DNA of 64,000 nt from Squalus acanthias (GCA_030390025.1 JASTWF010000033.1:248001-312000), one strand, 5' to 3'. Numbered from the stretch's first letter, positions 1 to 11,789 are shown. The notes: generated by a model from the sequence alone, not told the origin. Numbers and translations: made by a program.

Positions 1-84
1 ACAATGTCAAGAACACAGGCTTCAGGAGGAAGGGGAAATACCATTGCTGAAGTCTGCGCTGAGTTTAAAAAAGAAAGAAGGAAA

Positions 85-392
85 CACTTGCATTTCGGCA
101 GCGTCTTTCACGACCTCAGGACATCCCAAAGCGCTTTACAGCCAATGAAGTACTTTGGAAATGTAGTCACTGTTATAATGTTAGGAACGGGCAGGTAATT
201 TGTGTACAGCAAGCTCCAATATACAGCAATGTGATAATGACCAGATAATCTGTTTCAGTGATGTTGATTGAGGGATAAATATTGGCCAGGAGAATTCTCC
301 TCTTCGAAGTAGTGCCATGGGATGTTTTACATCTACCCGAGAGAGGAGACGTCTCATCCGAAAACCCCACCAGACAGTGCAGTAGGCAACGC
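85..392 (-). mobile_element. Deu-domain tRNA SINE fragment (SacSINE1-like)
   Basis: Reverse-complement match to the copy at 8333-8800, including the L2-type tail. Confidence 0.75.
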
Positions 393-1884
393 CTGATGTA
401 ACCTCCAGGTTAAAAAACACAACTTGTTTGTGAGCAACATGGCTCACCGAAGATAAATGCAGTTTTGCTCATCAGAGCCTCGTTTTATGCGACACTCGAC
501 GCCAAAAGCTTCAACAAAAAGCATTATCGAGGATAATTAATCCGGCTTGACAATTTGATCCACCTCGCGGACACAATTATCACCAACTCCCCCTCCCGCA
601 TTTGAGTTAATTTTAATAACTTGCCTAATGTTTACCTTTTTCAAGATTCATTTGAATTCCCGCACAGTTAAGGTTTGCAGTTGTACAATCGCATGCGCAG
701 GGGTGTGAAGTGGTTGGGGTTTGTACTAGTAGCGAAGGTGCCAGTGCAGTGATGGGGTGTAGTGTGCAGAGTGCTCAATGGATGGGAATGTGTTTGCAGC
801 GAGTGAGATTGCCAATGCAGTAAATGTGTGCTGTTAAACCAGCTCCAATCGGCAGCGCCAGCTCCAGTATAACTGCAGTCCAATGAAGAGGGACAGTTTA
901 AAATGCCAAGGTTGTACATGGAACTCCGACCCGCTTTACAAAGTATCTGCCCGAGGAATGGAGCTCACGCAATGTCCCTGTGACCCTGGACTTTGAGCAA
1001 GCTGCAGGTGACTGTGTCTCTCACTCAGCCAGCTGTACATCACCCCACCCATGGCGATCTGATACTGCAACCTGTCCAATAGTTGTACTCACTGACTCAT
1101 CTCCTAGTTTTACTTCTTGAAAGTTATTTGAGAACCTCAGTCTATATGTAGCACGGGGCACACCCAATCTCCGATGTTGCGGCGTCCGCCTACACAACAG
1201 ATGGTTAATAATTGAGACTAGAACTCAAGATAAGAGCGGAGAAAACCCGCTCCTATAACATTCCTCTTTTCGTTCCTTAGCTGGGGTTAAACCATGCAAT
1301 ATATGTGTTAAAACAGCGAACAGAGGAAAATCTTCCCAACGCTGGAAATGCTGATTCGCCACCGTCATCAACACTGATCTCCAGGCCGTGATGTCCGTTG
1401 CAATGGATGTTCATCAGACATCCGGCTGAGTTAATATCAGTAATAATCAGATCGGAAATAACTTTCATGATGTGAACTCTAACCTGGTCCATTAACACGT
1501 ACATGTTGCCAGGTTAGATGGCCAAAGTTATGAATGACAACTCCCACCAGGTGACACCTCTTTTGATTATATGGTCAAAACATTTCCAGCCAGTAATTTA
1601 CCGACCATGGACATTAATGGGCGGAAAAACACGCGAGCGGGGCGCAATTTCACGGTTTGCGCTCCAGGAGCACGAGCACAGGGCAGCAGCGGAAACGCAC
1701 CATTTGACTCTCGCGGAGAGACCAGTATCGGTAGAGTAATTCCACCATGTAGGCCCCGTGTGTGCCGGACGACTCGGCTGCGGTGAATGGTTCAGAGAGA
1801 ACAATTCTCTGCTCTCAAGGGAAATTTACACATGTGCCTTCCAATGGGAATATGGTTTGGTATTTTTCCGGATGTAGTGCATGT

Positions 1885-3850
1885 TGGAATCAAACAATCG
1901 TAGACATTACTGCACAGAAGGAGGCCAGCGTGTCTGTGCCGGCCGAAAAACATCTTTCCAGCAGAATGCCACATTCCAGCTCATGGTCCGTAGCCTTGCA
2001 GGTTTCGATACTTCAAGTGCACATCCAAGTACTTTTACAATGTGATGAGGGTCTCTGCCTCTATGTTCCTTTCAGGTAGTGAGTTCCAGACCTCCTCCAC
2101 CCTCTGGGTGAAAAAAAGTTGTCCTCAAATCCCTCTAAACCTCCTACTAATTACTTTAAATCTATGCCCCCTGGTCATTGAACTCTCTGCTAAGGTAAAT
2201 AGGTCCTTCCTATCCACTCTATCTAGGCCCCTCATAATTTTGTACAGCTCAACAAGGTCTCCCCTCAGCCTTCTCTGTTCCAAAGAAAACAACGCCAGCC
2301 TATCCAATCTTTCCTCATATTCTCCAGTCCTGGCAACAATCTCCTCCGTTCCCTCTCTACTGTAATTAGTTCTTCCCTGTAATGTGGTGACCAGAACTGT
2401 ACGAGGTACCTTAGCTGTGGCCTAACTAGTGTTTTATTTAGTTCAAGCATACCCCCCCTGCTCTTATATTCTATGCCTCGGCTAATAAAGTAAAATATCC
2501 CGTATGTCTTATTAACCACCTTATCTACTTGTCCTGCTACCTTCAGGGCTCTGTGGCCATGCACTCCAAGGATCCTCTTTTCCTCTACATTAGTTGTGTA
2601 TTCCCTTGCCTTGTAACCCCCCCCCCCCCCGCAAATGTATTACCTCACACTTCTCCGGATTGATTTCCATTTACCACTTTTCTGCCCACTTGACCAATCT
2701 GTTGATAGCTTCCTGCATTCTACAGCTTTCTTCATCACTGTCAACGACACGGCCAATTAATTTATCATCTGCAAACTTCTTAATCATGCCCCTACATTGA
2801 AGACTAACTCATTGATTTATAACACAACAAACAAGGGACCCAGTACTGAGCCCTGAGGAACCCCACTGGAAATAAACTTCCAGTCACAAAAACACCCGTC
2901 GACCATTACCCTTTGTTTCCTGCCTCTGAGCCAATTTTGGATCCAACTTGCCACTTTCCCTTGGATCCCATGGGCTTTTACTTTTCTGACCAGACTGCCG
3001 TATGGGATATTTTGAAAGGCCTTGCTAAAATCCATGTAAACTACATCAAACGCACTACCATCATCAACCCTCCTTGTTACCTTCTCAAAAAATTCAACCA
3101 GGTTAGTCAGACTTGAACTTCTATTAACACATCCATGCTGACTGTCCTTGATTAATCTGTGGTTTTCTAAGTGACGATTAATACTATCCCTCAGGATTTT
3201 TCCATTAATTTTTTCACCACCGAGATTAGGCAGACTGGACTGTAATTGCATTCTCTTTCTTTTTCTCCGTTTTAAAACAATGATACAACATTAGCTGTCC
3301 TCCAGTCCTCTAGCTTCACACCTGTAGACAGAGTGGATTTGAAAATTATGATCAGAGTCTCCGCTTATTTTCTCCCTTGCCTCTCTTAACAGCCTGAGAT
3401 ACATTTCATCCGGGCCTGGCGATTTATCTACTTTCAAATATGCTCAACCCATTAATACTTCCTCTCTCACAATGTTTATCTGATTTATTATTTCACACAT
3501 CCTCCTCCTTAACTACAATGCCTGCATCGTCCGACTCTTTTTAGAAAGCAGACGGAAAGTAATGATTAAAAACCATACCCACGTCTTCTGCCTCCCCACA
3601 CCGTTTACCTTCATGATCTCTAATAGGCCCCGCTGTTTCCTTAGTTACTCTCTTGCTCTTTAAGTATTTATAAAACACCTTTGTGTTTTCATTGATGTTT
3701 CGTGCCAATTTATTGTTCATGCCCTCTCCTTACGTTCCTAATTTCACGCCTGCACTTTCTATACTCCTCTAGGCTTTCTGCAGTATTTAGCTCTCTGCAT
3801 CTAACATATGCTTCCCTTTTTGCCTCATCTTGCCTTATGTTGTTTCCGTC
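1885..3850 (-). mobile_element. Degenerate 5'-truncated CR1 LINE (ORF2 RT and 3' end)
   Basis: Minus ORFs with [28 protein letters not shown]...QFWSPH, RRLRGDL motifs. Confidence 0.9.
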
Positions 3851-4219
3851 AGAGCTATTAAGGCTGGGTCCTTGTGTTCTGCCACGGAGATAGACCCGCG
3901 GTGTCAACTCTAGACAGCTCAGCACCAGATGAAGGCTTTTACCGAGTTAGTAGTGATGGAGGACATTCCGGTCACCCGCCCCATTACTTGTAAGGGACTC
4001 AGTCAGATGGGCATTCCCCTTTGAACCAGCAGGGATCCATGTTCGCAATGGTCGTGTCGCTGGTACACAGAGGTTAAATGATTTAATTTTTTATGTTAGG
4101 CGGCTGAAGCCTCAATGCGAAGTAACTAAATTAACAGATGACATCAAGCTAGGAGAATTATGGAATTCGCTTATGCAGCCAAAATATTAAATTGACAGCT
4201 CTCCACGGTATGCACCAAA

Positions 4220-5460
4220 TACATAGAAATATATACAAGTTACAACACGGAATCAGACTTTGGACCCAACCAGTCAGTGTCGGCGTTTACCCTCCACACA
4301 AGTAAATAGTTCTAATCACATTTACCCGCCTTTATCCACAGCCCTTCAACCCCTTTCCTACATCCACCTCTCCAATCTAATTGTGAATGTTGACACAATC
4401 CCTTCAACCCCTTTCCTACATCCACCTCTCCAATCTAATTGTGAATGTTGACACAATCCCTTCAACCCCTTTCCTTCATCCACCTCTCCAATCTAATTGT
4501 GAATGTTGACACAGTTTATGCCCCAACCACTAAACCTGGAAGTGAATTCCACAGCCTCATAACTCTCTTTGTGAAGAAGTTTCTCCTGATTGCTGTTCTA
4601 ATTCTCTGACATTTGATCTTGTATCTAAGTCCCCTAAGAGCCCTTCGCCATTGAAAACAGCCTGCTTATATCTACCCCGTCCCATCTTTCATAATTTTAA
4701 ACTTTCCTATTTTATTGACCCATAATCTAAGTTATCAGAACGAAAATTGAGCAATTTTCGCATATTTCTTCATATTTATATTTCATCATACCAGCCAGCA
4801 TTCTACTGAATCTGTGTTGTACAGTCTTTAAATCCTCAATATCCATATTACAGCGAGGAGCCGAATACCGCACACAGTACTCTAACTGAAGTATTATTCT
4901 TACCATTACCTCTTGTTTTTATATTCTATATCTCTTATGATAAAACCTGGAATCCCATTAGCTTTTTTACAGCCTGATCAAGCTGCGGTGCTGCCTCACT
5001 CTTCTCTTCCACAGCTCCGAGCCTACTTCCATTCAGAGAATCATTACTATTCCTTTTGCAAAAATCCACCAGCTCATACTTGCTGATGTTGAATTCCATC
5101 TGCCACTTTTCAGCTCATTCCTCAATTGTATCAATCTCACTTTGCAGCTTCCGTTGGTCTTCCCAATAATTACCTATGCCTCTTATTTAGGTAAAATGTT
5201 CAAATTTCGAAATACTCTCTTTAGGCCCAGACCCAAATCATTGATATACGCGGCGAACGGAAGAATCCCCAGAACTGATTCCTGTGGGATTTCTCTACCC
5301 ACTCCCAACCGTTCTCAATTTAATGAGCTCTCCGTTTTCTCTCTTCTAATCACTAGTAATCCAATGTGCTCTCCTCTCCTTAATTCTGTACTCATTATCC
5401 GTTATTTAATGTCTGCTGTAGTAACTTGTCAAATGCTTTCTTAAAGTCCAGTTACATTAC
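4220..5460 (-). mobile_element. Old CR1 LINE 3' fragment
   Basis: CR1 3' UTR-like start (catagaa...), degenerate ORF2 similarity to other copies in the window. Confidence 0.7.
4342..4513. repeat. 58-bp tandem repeat, 3 copies, inside the CR1 3' end
   Basis: Unit cccttcaacccctttcctacatccacctctccaatctaattgtgaatgttgacacaat at 4342, 4400, 4458. Confidence 0.95.
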
Positions 5461-5896
5461 AAATCAGATTAGTAAAGATCGAGAGACCACAGCACAAACC
5501 AAACTGCAGGTCTGTTACTATTAACGCGGCCGGTGCCAAGCTGGGGGTCCTTGGTTACCGCGGGGCGGGAGCTCGGTTTGTCACAGTAAAATAATTAAAG
5601 GTTCAGTAGTAATTATTTGAGTGAGCGCTTTTTGTGCCGTTCGCTGTGTCAAGCTGGCATATAAGCGCAGACATTATTATTAATATAGCATTAAAGTATC
5701 GCCAAATTATTAAACTAGGAATGTATGGAAACACAATTAGCGTGGATGCAATCAAACCAAACACAGTTACCGTGAAGCGTGTTCTCTATATCTCCACTGA
5801 TCTGTTCATGTTAATTGGTGCAGATGTCACCATTGTGACGATGGATATCGGGGACACAATGCAGCCCCTCACAGCCCGTGAGCTATACTCACTGCT

Positions 5897-5950
5897 ATTG
5901 GTCCCTCACTCCGCCCCATGCAAATGAGCCCAGTCTCTCGAGGCTTATAA
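5897..5950 (+). promoter_or_regulatory. V-gene promoter: inverted CCAAT (ATTGG 5897-5901), GC box (CCGCCC 5911-5916), Ig octamer ATGCAAAT (5918-5925), TATA-like TTATAA (5945-5950)
   Basis: Motifs read directly, 70-125 bp upstream of the leader ATG at 6023; the octamer is in heavy-chain orientation just 5' of the TATA. Confidence 0.8.
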
Positions 5951-6022
5951 GGTCGGTGCTCAGACACACACGGTTACACAGAGCAGTCGGTGTTGGGTCT
6001 GGAGTTCGCTGGTGAAGAAACA

Positions 6023-6065
6023 ATGAATAATTTCTGGGTTTCCGTCCTTTTAGCCTGGTTACCAA
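6023..6065 (+). CDS. IgNAR: IgNAR leader exon (MNNFWVSVLLAWLP + phase-1 nucleotide)
   Basis: ATG at 6023, hydrophobic signal peptide like known IgNAR leaders, GTAAG donor at 6066. Confidence 0.92.
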
Positions 6066-6205
6066 GTAAGTGTTGTTTAAGAAAGAGATTAAATGTTAAT
6101 TGGATAAAACTGTGCGGCAGTGTCTACATTGCGGAAATTGCCCTGCCTTTAAACTCTTGTATTGTTTAAGATACGCGACATATTAAATATATTTTCTCCA
6201 TTCAG

Positions 6206-6479
6206 ATGCCTTCGGTGCATATGTAGACCAAACACCAAGAACGGCAACGAAAGAGACAGGCGAATCCCTGACCATCAACTGCGTCCTAACTGATAACAGG
6301 TGTGATTTGCAGAGCACATCCTGGTACCGGAAAAATCCGGGTTCATCAAACCATGAGCAGGTGTCGATTAGCGGCCGATATGTTGAATCAGTCAACAAGG
6401 GAACAAAGTCATTTTCTCTGCGAATCAAGGACCTGACAGTTGCAGACAGTGCCACGTATATCTGCAAAGCTTGTGGAAC
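6206..6479 (+). CDS. IgNAR: IgNAR V segment (VNAR, type II-like): [91 protein letters not shown]
   Basis: Acceptor ttcAG at 6204-6205; open frame in phase with the leader; VNAR hallmarks ([12 protein letters not shown], no CDR2, GRYVES, SFSLRI, DSATYxC); non-canonical Cys in CDR1. Confidence 0.97.
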
Positions 6480-6518
6480 CACAGCAATGGAGGAGGCGGT
6501 CCCTGCAATACACAAACT
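6480..6518 (+). promoter_or_regulatory. V 3' recombination signal, 23-bp spacer
   Basis: CACAGCA (6480-6486), 23 nt, ACACAAACT (6510-6518). Confidence 0.92.
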
Positions 6519-6707
6519 ATCAGCACACTTTGTTACAAGAACAAGGGCACTATTTATCTGTTGCTTAACCTTGAAGAATGGATCCTCAGTATTTTGGAGG
6601 GATAACACTGTTGGTTATAAAAGACACCCTGACAAGAAGTATTGAGGTAGGAAGCTGGTTTGCAGTAAGTGTCTCGACCTGAGGCTCTCGCACTAATGCA
6701 CATGGGA

Positions 6708-6786
6708 CCTTTTTGTAATGGTCTCTATGACTGTGTGGCAATCAGTACCACAGTGATGAATCTTGCATTCCCGTAATACATAAACT
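6708..6786 (+). other. D1 segment (6736-6748, TGGCAATCAGTAC) with 5' 12-RSS and 3' 22-RSS
   Basis: CCTTTTTGT-12-GACTGTG | D | CACAGTG-22-ACATAAACT; all three frames open (WQSV, GNQY, AIS). Confidence 0.92.
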
Positions 6787-7112
6787 GTCCCCACACCTCT
6801 TAATAAAAAGTTAATACAGGTTATTCTCTCGGTGGCTAATAACCTCACGGTTAAATGCTCATTGTCTCTGTCAGACACTGGCTGACATATTAAAGCCTTT
6901 TCTTTATTAATTTCAGTGATATTTCTATCAATATTACGGTCATATTTATAATGGAACATTGATATTTCTCCAGGACTTTTATGAATGGCTGGGAATTATA
7001 ACCGTCTACGGGGATCCCAATATAAAGGCAATGATTTGAATCATATTTACTGCAATTTTCAATCAATATCTTGGAATATTTGAAGGATTTTCTGTGATGT
7101 TTGCAACAATGG

Positions 7113-7181
7113 AGTTCTTGTGCTGGTGTGAAATGATGTGTATACTGCAGTGGCACAGTGACTCGGGCCATAGCACAAACC
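7113..7181 (+). other. D2 segment (7141-7153, TATACTGCAGTGG) with 12-RSS on both sides
   Basis: AGTTCTTGT-12-TGATGTG | D | CACAGTG-12-GCACAAACC; frames YTAV, ILQW, YCS. Confidence 0.9.
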
Positions 7182-7492
7182 TCTCCAACAGTTATCTGTT
7201 ATCCTACTCATGGAGGTGGCTGCATAATGTGCTTCTTGCTCATGGATGTTACTGCATAGAGCTTGAAATCAGTTCCAGTTCGACCTTTGCTTGAAATCGA
7301 TCCGCATTCCCTGATGTTAAATCAGTGGATTATCTTCTTCAGTGTTACAGGAGTTCGCATTGCAAATATTGAATGTCTGATGGAGAGAAACTGACGGAAA
7401 ATGAAGATTTACCAATGACTCCAACATATCTGGAAGGTCCGAGGAGCGGTGATGTTTTGTTGTATTAATTACCGGACCTTTGCTTCAATTAC

Positions 7493-7531
7493 CCTTTTTG
7501 AACTGGGCTGACTGGGAGCTGACTGACTGTG
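7493..7531 (+). promoter_or_regulatory. J 5' recombination signal, 23-bp spacer
   Basis: CCTTTTTGA (7493-7501), 23 nt, GACTGTG (7525-7531). Confidence 0.85.
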
Positions 7532-7581
7532 TGGCTATAACTGGTATAACGGAGGTGGCACCGTGCTGACTGTGAACTCTG
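7532..7581 (+). CDS. IgNAR: IgNAR J segment (GYNWYNGGGTVLTVNS)
   Basis: GxGTVLTVN motif, RSS upstream, phase-1 GTAAG donor at 7582. Confidence 0.95.
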
Positions 7582-8332
7582 GTAAGTGACCTCTCTTGCT
7601 GCTTTATTGATAAGATTTTGATCCTAGAATTTGAAAAGAATCAGTGTTGTCGTTAAAAGCGCAAAATGCAATAGCCGAAGCTCTTTGTGAAGACTCGGTT
7701 AGGTTCACTGTCAATTTATTTGGCATAAACTAAAAAATGGTTTTCAAAAGAGATTTTGCCCGTCAATAAAATAAACCTGTATTTAAATATATAACTTCCG
7801 TCCAAACAAACCCGTATTTAAATATAAAACTTACCTGTCATGCATTTTTTAAGATGCTTATTTGAATAGATTGTGATAGTTTAAATAGTTGAAACGGAAC
7901 CAGCCCAGTAAAGTTACTCCTTACTGAGGTGTCCCAGTACATCTTTGATATACAGTATATCTGATTCGAAGAATTAAAACAATTATTGGAACAGGAACAT
8001 TTGCTGCAAACAAGGAATGAATACAACGTGTAATTTTATAAAATGTTCCCTTGGAAAATCACCACTCTTTATAAAACAATGACCACTAAATTAATATCGG
8101 CACAGATCCTGCAAATATGTTGTCACTTCGAATCGTGTCATTTGTTGGTCGGGATTAATGGCGCACACTTCAGTGACCGAGCTGTAACTCTGAGGAAGCT
8201 CTTTACATGGAAGCCAGTCCCCGAGACACCCGCATTAGAGCTTATCGACGCGCTCTGTGTGTAAGATTAAGCGAGCAGCAGAGAACTTTGAAACTACAGT
8301 GGGTTTCAGTGTAATAAGTGGGCTCTGTTTTA

Positions 8333-8800
8333 GTGTCAGCTGCGGCTCAGTTTGTACCACGCTCGCCTCTGAGTCAGAAGCTTGTGGGTTCCGAGTCCCA
8401 CTCCAGCGACTTGAGCACGATAAATGCAGGCTGACACTCCAGTACAGTGCTGAGGGAGCGCAGCACTTTCGGAGGTGCAATCTTTTGGATGCGACGTTAA
8501 ACTGAGGCCCCGTCTTCTCTCTCAGATAGATGTTAATAGATCCCATGGCATTATTTCGAGAGAAGATCAGGGGAGTTACCCCCGGTGTCTTGGCCAATAT
8601 TTATCCCTCCATCAACATCATATAAACAGATTATCTGGTCATTATCACACTGCTGTTTGTGGGAGCTTGCTGAGCGCAAATTGCCTGCTGCGTTAAGTAC
8701 ATTTCATCAGTGCCTACACTCCAAATGTACTTCACTGGCTGTAAAGCGCTTTGGTACATCCGGTGTTCTTGAAAGGCGCTATATAAATGCAAGCATTTCT
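8333..8800 (+). mobile_element. Near full-length Deu-domain tRNA SINE (SacSINE1-like)
   Basis: tRNA-like head (ggctcagt...gggttccgagtccca), central Deu/LF-SINE-like core (gatcccatggca...ccccggtgtcttggccaatatttatccc), tail gtaaagcgctttgg...aaaggcgctatataaatgcaag. Confidence 0.8.
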
Positions 8801-9972
8801 TTTTAATGTGTATGCATAAAAATGAAGTAAGTGTTATTCAATGCTTCGAGGAGAACAGTGAAGTCTCTGACTTATTGTTTATACTATTTACGGGACGTTT
8901 ACTTATTTTAGTTGAAAAAGCAATCAGTTTATTTAGAGCCTGAGTCTGGGTCTGATAGCCTGTAAATTCAGTCAGCGTTTCGAGGAGAGGAGAATCCCGA
9001 AGCTGATGGGCAGAATCAGGATTTGTTGTTGCCATCCCATGGTCTAGCTATCGCGTGCCTGGAGATTGGACCGGTTAACCTTCGGTACAGATGATCGGAG
9101 TGGGTCCAGCGACATGGGTAGCAATCGGACACGGAATCCGGTAAAATATATACCGTCAAATTCCTAAAACGTGACAAAACGTTAAAATCGATCTGCACCA
9201 TCCCACCAAATAGTTCCAGGCCATGTGAAGCTGATCCACACTCCCTCCGCAGGAGAAGATACACAGCGAATATTACAGGACGACAGATCAGCTGATCAGA
9301 ATGGCCCATGAACTGAGAAAGTGTCTGGTGCAGAACCCCCAAACTGTGGCAGTCAGTAACATGAGAAGAACAGTGTCTTTGAAGGGGGCGGTGGGATACA
9401 GATTGGACTAGAAACTTTGCTGAGGTTCATTGATTCCTCGCAGAGACAGAACACGTCACTGAGCGAAAGGAAAAACGTTCTAAGAAGGCGAGAAAGGCCA
9501 ATTGGTTCCGTTACACGTTTCCATGGGGATTGTTCCACCATGGAATTCCCTCCTCAAACAACTAGGACACTCCAGTTTAAACAGCGCTAAAACTGGCACT
9601 TTTCCCACTTGATATTACAGGGCCAACCGCTTTACTCTATCCGCTGCATTAGCCCAGACCTTAACTGGTCTAGTTAAAATGGGTTCACCGCTCTAGTAGA
9701 AAAGCGAACTGAGGAGAGTCAAGCGTTAAGCCTGGTTCCCTGAGATGGGCAACGGTGATTTTAAAGCTAATTTCCTTCCTTGCCTCCTCGGACTGAACAA
9801 AACGAGTGAAGCAATGGTATTAATATTTCTGTCAATGTTATTCACAGTTCCACTATCATAGGGTAATCATTTTATATAATCTTCCATTTGCCAAAGGATT
9901 GGGAAGAAAGTGCCTGTATTATTAGTCGTTGTCCAGCTTCATGACGTGTTTACTTCCACCTCGCTATTTCAT

Positions 9973-10716
9973 TGGCCCAGAAATTGATCTCGCTCTGTTC
10001 CCGCGGGGGTAAGGCTTCCCCGCGTTCTCTCACTCTGCGTGTGCTTTTTCAGATCCAGCTCGCACGAACTTGATGTTCCAGACATCAGCTGGGCAGTGCT
10101 TGCGTATCCCACCGGCGTAGTGAATTCGTGCGAGCTGTGGGATCACGTGACTCAGTTAGAGCCAATGGCAGCACACCATCTTCCATTCATAAGTTTTACA
10201 TACGTGCTGTGAAATCTATGAATCTTACACCCCCCCAAAATAACAGCTAAACCTCAATTAAATTTAAAAAAAAACATCACATTAATAAAATAAGTATAGT
10301 TAAATAAATTAACCATTTTAAATAAAAAATTAAATTTTTGAAAAAATTTAAAATCTTTTAAAAAGTTATAAAAATAAACTTACCTGTCTTTAAAGTCTCT
10401 AAAAAAGATATACCTGTTAAAAAAAATTCAAAAAAATACTTAATTCACTACTTACCTTGTTAAAAGTGGGTCTTACTCCTCCTTTCTCCATTTCTAAAAT
10501 CTTCCGTACTTACCTGCGCGTCCAAAGCATGAAGTGCACAGCAAGCACGCAGCCTGTAGCGCGCACGCGATGCACCGAGGAACCGCCCCCTTTTCAAAAG
10601 ACCAAGTGCCGGTTTTCAGCGCATGCGCAGGGCATGCAGAAAACCGGCAATTGGAGAGAGAATACGCGACAGTACGCAGTGCGTACTCTCGCGTCGCGGG
10701 ATGAATTTTTGGCCCA
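9973..10716. mobile_element. MITE-like non-autonomous DNA element
   Basis: Imperfect ~21-bp terminal inverted repeats (tggcccagaaattgatctcgc / reverse complement tgggccaaaaattcatcccgc), GC-rich arms, AT-rich centre, no ORF. Confidence 0.6.
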
Positions 10717-11789
10717 TTACTTCTTCTGTCATTATTTTAAAGACCTGTTACATTGTCTTCACTCAGCCTTTTGTAAAACTTCATCAGTTGTGATTTAAGA
10801 TTCATCTCCTTTTCTTTGAAGGTTCCATTTTTTAGCAGCCATTATTTCCCAGGCTCTTGTACGGACTCAGCCCAATCCTGCCTATGTTCAGTTCCTTGCA
10901 TATTTGAAGTCTATCTGTTTGTTTGTACATTTCACTTTAACACATTCAGGATTAGAAACCCCTCTAGCCAACAGCACATATGGCGAATTCCGTCCGATGC
11001 TTCGGAGCAATTTACCATCTCTTCAGTTTGCTGGTTGGCAGATTGTGAGCAGCAGATTCCCCAATGCTGGCGCGTCATTTTATTAAACTAGCCCCAGCCT
11101 TGTGACCTCCCACCGAAACCATTGTGTTCTGTATCTCACTGTGCTTCTTTCAAACGAACGGGAGGCGGCGCACTCCCAGCCCTGGTTTTCAGTCAATTGA
11201 CATTTATAGGGCTGGGGTTGTACATTTCCCTGATATGTGTTCCTCATCTGTGCTGGAAATGCAGAATGGTAAATCTTGCCCTATACTTAATTTATTCATC
11301 ACCTGTAACATCCTTAAGCAGATTCCATCTTTTCCCGTTGAGCTTTGAGCAAAGTTTCACAATTTATTTTCACTGTAACGTTCCCGATAGCTTCCGAATT
11401 TGTTTTTTGTACAATGTATTTAGACCCGCATTGTTGTTCCTTCCCCTCACAATTGAGAGAAATCTCGAATCCAACAATAATTATTCAGCATAGTTCAAGT
11501 TACAAACCAGTTCCTCAAGTCAGTAAGAATGACTTGTATTTATACCGTTCGCCTTTAACTTAACTTGGGGCGGGGGATTCAGGTCTAAAGAAGTAGGAAG
11601 GAGACAGGTGAAGACAAGACCACGAATTTTAAACTTACGGCATTCGGATGAAATAAAGATCAGCGCGGTCGGGGCTGGTGATCCATTGGAACTTGGTGTA
11701 GATGGGATCGTGGTATCAGAGATTTGGATAAACTGATGTTTCTGCATGGCGGGAGATGTAAAAATGGCAAGTAGAGCATTGCAGGAACA

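Noticed and set aside
6183-6608. 141-aa minus-strand ORF
   Set aside because: Antisense shadow of the V exon
6307-6645. 112-aa ORF as a standalone gene
   Set aside because: It is the unrearranged V frame reading through the RSS; the real start is the spliced leader
6585-6660. Possible third D (cactgtt GGTTATAAAAGA caccctg)
   Set aside because: Both heptamers are poor and I find no nonamer at 12 or 22/23 spacing; at most a decayed relic
6023-7581. NAR-TCR V cluster instead of IgNAR
   Set aside because: Framework and J are IgNAR-type, and downstream exons are IgNAR C5/secretory/TM with no TCR delta V in the window
7772-7840. Short ~35-bp imperfect tandem duplication after J
   Set aside because: Two AT-rich copies only; no functional inference possible
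8838-11563. ORFs in the J-C interval as missing C exons
   Set aside because: No Ig C1-set Cys/Trp/Cys pattern in the frames I examined
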